Made by a program: the position numbers and the translations under genes
Notes under the pieces: generated by a model
The model's input: the letters and a program-made list of their open reading frames with translations, nothing else
The model's database searches: none
What the model was told of the DNA's origin: nothing
Origin: Syntrophorhabdaceae bacterium
Lineage (GTDB): Bacteria; Desulfobacterota; Syntrophorhabdia; Syntrophorhabdales; Syntrophorhabdaceae
DNA length: 64,000 nucleotides
Direction: 5' to 3'
NCBI GenBank assembly: GCA_963665295.1
Contig: OY762209.1
Span: forward strand, 4,224,001-4,288,000
Shown: positions 55,874-64,000 of the stretch, one piece after another
How positions within the stretch are numbered: position 1 is the first letter of the stretch
Layout: each line of letters begins with the position of its first letter

Positions 55874-56074
55874 CTAGCCCCCTCCCACGAGGGACACTAA
55901 TTCCAGGCGGTCACCGTCCGCAAGCACCGTGCCCGTCCACATGTCTCTCCTTATGACTTTCTCATTAAGTTCGGCAATAACACCTTCCGCCTGCGTTTTA
56001 CGACCGAGAACAAATTCCTGAAGGCTTGTGCCCTCCGCAACTTCCGTAACTTTCCCGTTCGCCACTATCTTCAC
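55874..56074 (-). CDS. thiS: Sulfur carrier protein
   Basis: 66 aa, MKIVANG...[13 protein letters not shown]. Confidence 0.95.
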   Translation of the reverse strand: MKIVANGKVTEVAEGTSLQEFVLGRKTQAEGVIAELNEKVIRRDMWTGTVLADGDRLELVSLVGGG

Positions 56075-56661
56075 TTCTGCTTTGCCCTGATCCTCCGGAG
56101 CAACTCCGGCGCATCACCGTACGCCCTCACTACCCCTATAGTCCCGGCTCCTGCTTCGAGCACGTCATCGATATTCGAAAGGTCGATGCCGCCTATGGCG
56201 ACAAAGGGAATACTGAGATTCTCCGCGGCTTCCTTCACGTACGAAAGTCCCACCGCAGGTCTTCCCGGTTTTGTAGGAGTCGCATACACGGGCCCCACCG
56301 ATATATAATCCGCGCCGTCCGCTTCGGCCTGTCTTGCCTGTCCCAGATTATGAGTCGTCTTCCCCACGACCGCAGTCTCCCCCACTATCCTTCTCGCCTC
56401 TTCCGTGGACATATCCTGTCCCACATGAACTCCGTCGGCCCCCGTTCTCACTGCGAGCTCGGGGTCGTCGTTAAGGATGAAAAGGAAGGGCCTCACCCGC
56501 TTGTAAGCCACGATTTCCCGGCACTTCCTCATTATAGTCTCTTCCGCTCCGGACTTATCCCTGAGCTGCACTATCGTAGCACCGTCTTCCACCGCTTTCT
56601 TCAATACATCGACTGAATCCGAGATGATATAAAGGTCTCTTGTAAAAGGTATTTTTCCCAT
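56071..56661 (-). CDS. thiE: Thiamine-phosphate synthase (copy 1)
   Basis: VQLRDK, ILNDD, ADGVHVGQD, GPVYATPTK, AIGGI. Confidence 0.92.
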   Translation of the reverse strand: MGKIPFTRDLYIISDSVDVLKKAVEDGATIVQLRDKSGAEETIMRKCREIVAYKRVRPFLFILNDDPELAVRTGADGVHVGQDMSTEEARRIVGETAVVGKTTHNLGQARQAEADGADYISVGPVYATPTKPGRPAVGLSYVKEAAENLSIPFVAIGGIDLSNIDDVLEAGAGTIGVVRAYGDAPELLRRIRAKQK

Positions 56662-56929
56662 CGATATTCTCCTCCCAATACGGGCCGACGTACTATTTAT
56701 ATCGCAAACGGCCCTAAAAATAAACACCTATGAACCTTTTTCCTCCGACAGTCATCTCCCCTTCAACGGCGAGACGCAAATCCATTGTCACGGACACCAC
56801 CGCACGTTCGCTGTTGAGATGGGGAGAAAATATTTGTTGACAAAGAACCTCCTTTTTGGTTAGTCTAGTATGTCTATAGGCTTTCTTTTATGAGCGTATA
56901 GAGTACGGGAGAAGACCAAAGGAGCAAAC

Positions 56930-58078
56930 ATGGCAAAGGAATGGCGCATAGAGACAATGTTAACCCATGCGGGCACATGCCGGGATGAAAAAACGGGGTC
57001 CATCTCTATGCCCGTCTACCAGACCGCAACCTTTCGTCATCCGGGCCTAGGGGAGAGCACCGGGTTCGACTACTCACGGAGCGGAAACCCTACCCGGGCT
57101 TCACTTGAAGAAGTGATGGCCGTGACGGAAGGCGGCAAGAAGGGGTTCGCCTTTTCCTCCGGCATGGCAGCGGTGGACTGTTTGTTCAGGATCTTGAAAC
57201 CGGGGGATGCCGTAGCCGTGACGGAAGACCCGTACGGCGGCACATTTCGCCTTCTTGACAAGATTTTCCGCCCCATGGGAATTGACATCATTTTTGTGGA
57301 CACGTCGAACATGGAGAAGATACAAGATGTTTTCAACCGTGAGGTAAAGGCAATATTTGTGGAGAGTCTTACCAACCCGATGCTCCGCATCGCCGATATC
57401 TCCGCCATTACCGCGCTGGCTGGAGAGAGGAACATTCTCACCATAGTGGACAACACGTTCCTCACCCCCTGCATTCAGCGACCCATAACCCTTGGTGCGG
57501 ACGTGGTCCTTTACAGTGCGACAAAATACCTCTCGGGCCATAACGACGTGAGCGCAGGCATTATAGTGACACGGACGGAGGAACTGGGGGACAGACTCTA
57601 TTTCTATCAGAACTCCACCGGCGCAGTGTTAGGGCCGTGGGACTCGTGGCTCACGCTCCGGGGTCTGAAGACCCTCGCGCTTCGCATGGAACGGCAACAA
57701 GACAACGCCCAGAGGATTGCCGGGTGGCTGAAGGATCACCCGAGAGTGAGGAAGGTCTACTACCCAGGCCTGAAGGACCATCCCGGCCATGACATTTTGA
57801 AGGCGCAGGGCAAAGGTTTTGGCGCTATCGTCTCCTTTGAAGTTGATGACCCCCAACTCGTGCCAACGATCCTGTCCCGCGTGAAGGTCTTCCTCTTTGC
57901 GGAAAGCCTGGGAGGCGTTGAATCGCTCATTACCTTTCCCGCAGTACAGACCCACGGGGACATGGATCCGGACACAAGGGAGCGACTGGGGATCAATAAC
58001 CGGCTACTCCGCATTTCCCCGGGAGTGGAGGCAATAGAAGATCTCCTCGATGATCTCTCCCGCGCCATAGGACAATAA
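56930..58078 (+). CDS. Trans-sulfuration PLP enzyme, cystathionine gamma-synthase-like (MetI/MetB)
   Basis: HPGLGESTGFDYSRSGNPTR, SATKYLSGHND, AESLGGVESLI. Confidence 0.88.
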   Translation: MAKEWRIETMLTHAGTCRDEKTGSISMPVYQTATFRHPGLGESTGFDYSRSGNPTRASLEEVMAVTEGGKKGFAFSSGMAAVDCLFRILKPGDAVAVTEDPYGGTFRLLDKIFRPMGIDIIFVDTSNMEKIQDVFNREVKAIFVESLTNPMLRIADISAITALAGERNILTIVDNTFLTPCIQRPITLGADVVLYSATKYLSGHNDVSAGIIVTRTEELGDRLYFYQNSTGAVLGPWDSWLTLRGLKTLALRMERQQDNAQRIAGWLKDHPRVRKVYYPGLKDHPGHDILKAQGKGFGAIVSFEVDDPQLVPTILSRVKVFLFAESLGGVESLITFPAVQTHGDMDPDTRERLGINNRLLRISPGVEAIEDLLDDLSRAIGQ

Positions 58079-58087
58079 AGGAGCGAT

Positions 58088-59233
58088 ATGAAATACCGCA
58101 CAAAGATTCTCCATACAGGAAAGGGCAAAGACCCCTATACGGGGGCGTCAAGCATTCCCATATACCAGGTTTCTACCTTCGCACAGAAGGATCCGCTGGA
58201 GTTTGGTCCCTACGAATACGCCCGCGGAACAAATCCTACAAGGGATGCCCTTGAACACACCATCGCATTACTCGAAGGAGGTGCCAGAGGCTGCGCCTTT
58301 GCTTCAGGCATGGCTGCCATATCCTCCGTCTTCCTGCTTTTCCAACCCGGTGATCACATAGTGGTGGCCGAGGATGTTTACGGGGGCACGTATCGTGTCC
58401 TCACGACCCTCTTCGCCCGATGGGGCCTGAAGCATACCTTTGTGGATATGACTTATCCCGAAAGGATCGAGAAGGCGCTATTGCCTGAAACCAAGGCGAT
58501 CTTTGCGGAAACACCGTCAAACCCTACGCTGAAGATCACCGACCTCGCCGCCGTTGCGGAGATTGCCCGCAAAAGGAACGTCCTTACGATCATCGACAAC
58601 ACCTTCATGAGCCCTTACCTCCAGAGGCCCATCGAACTTGGATTCGACATCGTGGTCCACAGCGCAACCAAGTTCGTGGGAGGTCACAGCGATGTCATCG
58701 CCGGCCTTGCCGTCACAAAGGACAGAGCATGGGGCGAACGGCTCAACAATATCCAGACCCATTTCGGGTCGATCCTCGGCCCCCAGGACTCCTGGCTCCT
58801 CCTCCGGGGAATCAAAACCCTGTCGGTGAGAATGGAGGCACAGCAGAAAGGCGCGGAGTTTGTCGCCCGATGGCTCCTCAATCAGCCCATGGTAAAGAAG
58901 GTATACTACCCTACCCTTCCCACTCACCCGGGCAGGGAAGTACATCTCACGCAGGCTTCGGGGGGCGGTGCAGTCGTTTCCTTCGAGTTACGGAATGGTG
59001 AAATCGCCAGGGAGGTCCTGAAGCGGGTCAGGCTCCCTCTCATGGCAGTGAGTCTCGGAGGGGTGGAAAGCATCCTCTCCTATCCCGCCACTATGTCCCA
59101 CGCGTCGATGCCGCCTTCAGAGAGAAGTGCACGGGGGATTACCGACGGGTTGGTGCGCTTCTCAATAGGTCTTGAAGACCCCCAGGACCTTTGCGACGAC
59201 CTCGCGCAGGCCATGAAAGGGGTTGTCCCTTGA
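58088..59233 (+). CDS. Trans-sulfuration PLP enzyme, cystathionine beta-lyase-like (MetC)
   Basis: YEYARGTNPTR, HSATKFVGGHSD, AVSLGGVESILSYPATMSH. Confidence 0.85.
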   Translation: MKYRTKILHTGKGKDPYTGASSIPIYQVSTFAQKDPLEFGPYEYARGTNPTRDALEHTIALLEGGARGCAFASGMAAISSVFLLFQPGDHIVVAEDVYGGTYRVLTTLFARWGLKHTFVDMTYPERIEKALLPETKAIFAETPSNPTLKITDLAAVAEIARKRNVLTIIDNTFMSPYLQRPIELGFDIVVHSATKFVGGHSDVIAGLAVTKDRAWGERLNNIQTHFGSILGPQDSWLLLRGIKTLSVRMEAQQKGAEFVARWLLNQPMVKKVYYPTLPTHPGREVHLTQASGGGAVVSFELRNGEIAREVLKRVRLPLMAVSLGGVESILSYPATMSHASMPPSERSARGITDGLVRFSIGLEDPQDLCDDLAQAMKGVVP

Positions 59234-59252
59234 TGCAGCGCGGGTTCCCACT

Positions 59253-59930
59253 TCAGGGATACAACCGTTTCATGACTCTGGGGCTTTCCAATTCTCTCAG
59301 GGCATCACGCCCTATCCAACGGGCCGAACTCGATCCCAGGGCCTGAATCCGGTGTGCTGTCTCAATGGCGGACCGGTTAAGGTTTTTATTCCTCTTGCCG
59401 ATTTGTCTCAGCGCCCAGTTTACAGCCTTCCGGACAAAATTTCTCTCATCTCCCGACTCTCGTTCCACGACGGAAAGATATTCCAAGAACACGGCGTCAC
59501 CAGCCGTTTTATCATGAACAGCGAGAGTGGCCACCAGGACAAATCCCGCCCTCTTCACGAATTCTTCGCTCCTTGCGGCCCACAGCATCGTCCTCCCATG
59601 GGCAAAAACGGTCTTCCTGAAGAGGTTGTTACACGTGAGGTCACAGATATCCCACGAGTCAATCTCCTTCGCCCACTCCTCCATCTGCCCCTCGTCGACC
59701 ATATCGGGCACATCGACCAAGCCCGCCATTATTTTCGCTTCATGGACGCCGGACTGCCACAGGCTCAGAGCCAGAAAATGGTCTTTCCCGATATGACGCG
59801 CCAGTTTCCTTATCTCCATAACGGAAACACCCAGCAGGTTGTCGGAGTTTATGCCGAACCTCGCCATGCCCTTGGCGTTTTCGGGGTTTGCCCGGGCTTT
59901 CAGTACAGCCATTATCTCTTCGTAGGTCAT
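59253..59930 (-). CDS. DNA alkylation repair protein (AlkD-like)
   Basis: GMARFGI, SWDICD, DERNFVRKAVNWALRQIGK. Confidence 0.88.
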   Translation of the reverse strand: MTYEEIMAVLKARANPENAKGMARFGINSDNLLGVSVMEIRKLARHIGKDHFLALSLWQSGVHEAKIMAGLVDVPDMVDEGQMEEWAKEIDSWDICDLTCNNLFRKTVFAHGRTMLWAARSEEFVKRAGFVLVATLAVHDKTAGDAVFLEYLSVVERESGDERNFVRKAVNWALRQIGKRNKNLNRSAIETAHRIQALGSSSARWIGRDALRELESPRVMKRLYP

Positions 59931-60075
59931 CAACACGCTTCTTCGTCGCACCTCCCGTCTGCCACGCATCAAGTCGCGACACCCTTGGAAAAAGAACCTG
60001 AGGCCCTTGACTAACAGGGTCTGGAACACCAATATAGATAACAGGGAGCATAACAAATAATGAGGAGGTATCACA

Positions 60076-60252
60076 ATGGGAATGATACAGGAGAAGGAAA
60101 TCAGGGCATATCAACTTAAAGACAAGAAGTTCGTCTGTCCCGTTTGCGCCACTGACGAGGAAAAGGCGCAAGGAACAGAGATATCACAGGAAGATGCCAT
60201 CCACAATCCGGATCCTGTCTTCTGTGTAAGATGCCAGAAGAAAGTCAAGTAA
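60076..60252 (+). CDS. 58-aa CxxC/CxxC zinc-finger protein (not in ORF track)
   Basis: RBS GAGGAGG; MGMIQEKEIRAYQLKDKKFVCPVC...VFCVRCQKKVK. Confidence 0.75.
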   Translation: MGMIQEKEIRAYQLKDKKFVCPVCATDEEKAQGTEISQEDAIHNPDPVFCVRCQKKVK

Positions 60253-60673
60253 GGGTCCACAAAGCCTCGAGCCCCTGTCGTCTGGCGCGGTGAAGGCGCG
60301 GGAATTTGTCACGAAGGTTTTCACGTATGGCCCCCGGCCCTCATACCAGTGGGGGACGGGGGAGACATCCGCTTCGCGTTTCGATCCCTCCCGGCACGGG
60401 ACAGCCACCGCCCCCTTTACTTTAAAGAATATTAAGCCTATATTATCAGTAGTTGTTTAGCTTCGATAATATGCGGGGAGGGGCGATCCTCCCACTAAAA
60501 CGAGCTGTCCTTCGCAAAGAGAGATTGCGGGAGAGCCGGACCTTGTGGTAAACATATAGATTGCAGGGTATTCACAGTCGGGCCGGTTGGAGGCGCCGTA
60601 GCACCATATTGACAGGGAGCGCCCGTCTCCTCATGCTTTGTGCAAAACGTTATCTTCTAAAGGAGTGTGGACC

Positions 60674-61510
60674 ATGTGGGAATACACGGATAAAGTAAAA
60701 GATTACTTCTTGAATCCTCGGAACGTGGGAGAAATAGAGAATCCCGACGGCATGGCGGAGGTGGGATCGATTGCCTGCGGCGACGCGCTGAAGCTTACCT
60801 TTAAGCTCGACGAAAATAAACGGATAATAGATGCAAAATTCAAAACCTTCGGCTGTGCGAGCGCCATCGCCTCAGCCTCGGCCCTCACGGAAATGGTCAA
60901 GGGGATGACCATCGAGGAGGCGCAAAAGATTACCAACCAGGACATCGCGGATTATCTTGGCGGTCTCCCTCCCGAAAAGATGCACTGCTCCGTTCTGGGG
61001 CAGGAAGCCCTCGAAAAGGCAATCAGCAGCTACAAAGGGACTGTTTCGCCTTTAAAGGAAGGGGAGATCGTATGTGAGTGCTTCGGGGTGACCGACAAAG
61101 AGATCGAGCGGGCAGTTAAAGAAAACCACCTGACCACCGTGGAGGAAGTGACAAACTACACGAAAGCGGGGGGAGGCTGCCAGAACTGTCACGAAAAGAT
61201 TCAGGCCATTATCAACGCGATTTATGCGCAACCGAAGCCTGAGTCCCCCCCGGCGGAAAGAGCCAGGCTCACCAATATTCAAAAGATACGTCTCATCGAA
61301 GAAACTATCGACAAGGAAATAAGGCCTTCCCTGAAGCATGACGGTGGCGATATAGAACTGGTCGACATCGTGGGAAACAGGGTGCTCGTGGCCACCCGTG
61401 GAGCGTGTGCGGTATGCCAGGCTTCACAGCTTACATTAAAAGGGTTCGTTGAGATCAAATTACGCGAACTGGTCTCCCCTGAACTGGTTGTGGAGGAGGT
61501 GTCACAATGA
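60674..61510 (+). CDS. nifU: Fe-S cluster scaffold NifU (three-domain)
   Basis: MWEYTDKV, ACGD, TFGCASA, KMHCS; CECF...GGGCQNC; DGGDIEL...GACAVC. Confidence 0.95.
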   Translation: MWEYTDKVKDYFLNPRNVGEIENPDGMAEVGSIACGDALKLTFKLDENKRIIDAKFKTFGCASAIASASALTEMVKGMTIEEAQKITNQDIADYLGGLPPEKMHCSVLGQEALEKAISSYKGTVSPLKEGEIVCECFGVTDKEIERAVKENHLTTVEEVTNYTKAGGGCQNCHEKIQAIINAIYAQPKPESPPAERARLTNIQKIRLIEETIDKEIRPSLKHDGGDIELVDIVGNRVLVATRGACAVCQASQLTLKGFVEIKLRELVSPELVVEEVSQ

Positions 61511-62688
61511 AAACCGTATACCTGGACAATAATGCTACAACACAAGTCGCCCCAGAGGTGCTGGATGAAATGATCCCCTATTTCAGCGAGCTTTACGGTA
61601 ATCCGTCGAGCATGCACAGCTTCGGCGGACAGGTAGCCAAGAAGCTGAATGAAGCACGGGCCAAAGTAGCCGCGCTTATCGGAGCGGAGCCTGATGAGAT
61701 CATCTTCACGAGTTGCGGCACTGAAAGCGATAACACGGCAATCCTTTCCGCCCTTTCGGTGAATCCCGATAAACGCCATATCATCACGAGCAGGGTCGAG
61801 CATCCGGCGGTAAAGGTTTTGTGCGAACACCTGAGAGACAAGGGATACCGGGTAACGGAGCTTGCCGTCGACCCGGATGGCAATCTGGACATGGACGAGT
61901 ACGAAAAGAGTCTTTCCCCTGATACCGCCGTGGTGAGCCTCATGTGGGCAAACAATGAAACGGGCGTGATCTTCCCCGTGGAAAAAGCGGCCCAGCAGGC
62001 GCGGGAAAAGGGGATCCTCTTCCATACCGACGCCGTTCAGGCCGTGGGGAAGATGCCGATAAACATGAAAGGGAACGCTGTCGGCATGCTTTCTTTCTCA
62101 GGCCACAAACTCCATGCGCCCAAAGGGATCGGCGTTCTTTATGTCCGAAGGGGCACAAGGTTCTCACCCTTCATGATCGGAGGCCATCAGGAGAAAGGAC
62201 GAAGAGGCGGGACCGAGAATACACCCAGCATCATCGGTCTGGGGATGGCGTGCGAACTTGCGGGACAGAAGATCGAGGAAGAAAACACCCGGGTAAGACA
62301 ACTCCGTGACAGGCTTGAGAATGAACTTCTGAAGCGCATTTCCAACGTCAAGGTGAACGGAGGGAAGGCACCCCGCCTTCCAAACACGACCAACATGAGT
62401 TTCGAATTTATCGAAGGCGAAAGTATTCTTCTCCTTATGGACCAATTCGCGATCTGCGCATCATCGGGTTCGGCGTGTACCTCCGGGTCTCTGCAGCCCT
62501 CCCACGTACTGCGGGCAATGGGTGTCCCGTACACAATGGCGCACGGGTCGGTGCGGTTCAGCCTGAGTGTCTACAATACGGAACAGGATATCGACCTCGT
62601 TGTCGAGAAACTTCCTCCTATTATAGAGAGGCTGAGAGGTATGTCTCCTTATTGGGCGCAAAGCAACGTATGCGCCACCCCTCCGTAA
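61507..62688 (+). CDS. nifS: Cysteine desulfurase
   Basis: YLDNNATT, HTDAVQ, SGHKLHAPKG, SSGSACTSG. Confidence 0.95.
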   Translation: MKTVYLDNNATTQVAPEVLDEMIPYFSELYGNPSSMHSFGGQVAKKLNEARAKVAALIGAEPDEIIFTSCGTESDNTAILSALSVNPDKRHIITSRVEHPAVKVLCEHLRDKGYRVTELAVDPDGNLDMDEYEKSLSPDTAVVSLMWANNETGVIFPVEKAAQQAREKGILFHTDAVQAVGKMPINMKGNAVGMLSFSGHKLHAPKGIGVLYVRRGTRFSPFMIGGHQEKGRRGGTENTPSIIGLGMACELAGQKIEEENTRVRQLRDRLENELLKRISNVKVNGGKAPRLPNTTNMSFEFIEGESILLLMDQFAICASSGSACTSGSLQPSHVLRAMGVPYTMAHGSVRFSLSVYNTEQDIDLVVEKLPPIIERLRGMSPYWAQSNVCATPP

Positions 62689-62724
62689 CCCTATCATGGA
62701 AGGATTGGGGAGGCATCGATAAAT

Positions 62725-63546
62725 ATGGACGCCGGGGAGTTTTCAGCCGGAGCAGTGGAAATACTGCACAGGATCAGGAGGAAACAGCCTCTTGTACACC
62801 ACATCACCAATTTTGTGGTGATGAACAGTACCGCCAACGTAACCCTGGCAGTCGGCGGCTCCCCCATTATGGCCCACGCTCACGAAGAGATGGAGGAGAT
62901 GGCCACGCTCTGCGATGCCCTCAACCTCAACATCGGAACCTTATCTCCCAGGTGGATAGAATCCATGCTCATAGCAGGCATTGCCGCCGGAGCCCGGGGA
63001 GTGCCGATTGTCCTGGATCCGGTAGGGTCGGGCGCCACCGCCCTTCGGACGGAAGCGGTGCAAAAGATCATTGAGAAGGTACCCGTAACGGTTATCAGAG
63101 GCAACGCCTCGGAGGTCATGTCCCTCTTTGCCCCGGAAGAGAGCGTAAGAATCAGAGGAGTGGACTCCGTGGAGACAGTGGAGGCAGTTCGCGACGGTGC
63201 GCACCGGCTCGCAAAGAGGCTGAACAAAGTAGTGGCTGTCACGGGGAGTGTCGATTTCGTCACCGACGGCGACAGGTCTGTGGAGGTACATAACGGGCAC
63301 CCCATGTTCAGTAAGGTGACGGGCACGGGATGCGCCGCTACCGCGGTCATTTCATGCTTTTGCGCAGTTGAGAGCGATCCCCTTGCAGCAACAGCGGCCG
63401 CACTTGGATACTACGGGCTCGCCGGAGAGGAGGCCGCCCACGTGTCGACCGGTCCAGGGAGTTTTCAGGTAGCCTTGTATGACGCCCTCTATAATCTGTC
63501 CGACCAAAACATGGCGGAAAGAATCAGAATACGTCCCGTTTCCTGA
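62725..63546 (+). CDS. thiM: Hydroxyethylthiazole kinase
   Basis: PLVHHITNFV, LDPVG, IRGNASE, VTGTGC. Confidence 0.95.
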   Translation: MDAGEFSAGAVEILHRIRRKQPLVHHITNFVVMNSTANVTLAVGGSPIMAHAHEEMEEMATLCDALNLNIGTLSPRWIESMLIAGIAAGARGVPIVLDPVGSGATALRTEAVQKIIEKVPVTVIRGNASEVMSLFAPEESVRIRGVDSVETVEAVRDGAHRLAKRLNKVVAVTGSVDFVTDGDRSVEVHNGHPMFSKVTGTGCAATAVISCFCAVESDPLAATAAALGYYGLAGEEAAHVSTGPGSFQVALYDALYNLSDQNMAERIRIRPVS

Positions 63547-63560
63547 CCCTCGTGCCCACC

Positions 63561-64000
63561 ATGCAGTCAACCCGCCAAAGAACGCGAAAACCCTCGCTGG
63601 ACGATTACAGACTATACTTCGTGACCGATCCTTATCTGAACAAGGGCTATACCGTGATCGACCAGGTGCATCTCGCCCTCAAGGGTGGCGTAAGGGTTAT
63701 TCAGATACGGGAGAAAGGACGATCCGTTGCGGACACCTCCGTGCTCGTATCACGGGCCCTCGAACTGACTCGCACGGCGAACGCGTTTCTGATTGTCAAC
63801 GATTCGTTGGAGGTTGCGAGCGCCATGGGCGCAGATGGAGTCCACCTGGGGCAGGATGATATCCCTGCCAGGGACGTCCGGAAGACGATGGGGCCCCATT
63901 TCATTATCGGACTGTCCGTCAAAACCGTGGAAGAGGCGGTGCAGGGCGAGATAGACGGGGCGGATTACCTCGCAGTAAACGGGGTATTCCCCACTATGAC
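63561..64000 (+). CDS. thiE: Thiamine-phosphate synthase (copy 2), runs off the window end
   Basis: Translated by hand: LYFVTD, GGVRVIQIREK, IVND, ADGVHLGQDD, GADYLA. Confidence 0.9.
   Translation, partial: MQSTRQRTRKPSLDDYRLYFVTDPYLNKGYTVIDQVHLALKGGVRVIQIREKGRSVADTSVLVSRALELTRTANAFLIVNDSLEVASAMGADGVHLGQDDIPARDVRKTMGPHFIIGLSVKTVEEAVQGEIDGADYLAVNGVFPTM

Overview
Bacterial chromosomal window from an anaerobic deltaproteobacterium-like organism. A Syntrophorhabdus-like assignment is my impression from gene content and the 16S and needs a BLAST to confirm. Housekeeping content: glnS, gabD, a glycerol dehydrogenase-family gene, one complete minus-strand rRNA operon (16S-tRNA-Ile-tRNA-Ala-23S-5S), tRNA-Gln(CTG), thiE-thiS-thiG-thiH, two trans-sulfuration PLP enzymes and nifU-nifS-thiM-thiE. 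Notable content: (i) an operon of triheme c7-type cytochrome, 4x[4Fe-4S] protein, Tat-exported TtrA-like molybdopterin enzyme and FmdE-like protein, with no membrane anchor; (ii) a decayed island downstream of tRNA-Gln holding a TraD-like C-terminal fragment, a truncated IS3 with in-frame OrfA-OrfB, truncated brxA and a frameshifted Bro-N gene; (iii) an intact IS630; (iv) an RND efflux operon with two tandem HAE1 pumps, plus a degenerate orphan outer-membrane factor; (v) a candidate ~110-nt sRNA with its own promoter, a shared Rrf2-like motif in the sulfur cluster, and three small ORFs missed by the ORF track. No CRISPR array was seen. All protein calls come from motif recognition by eye; no database searches were run.
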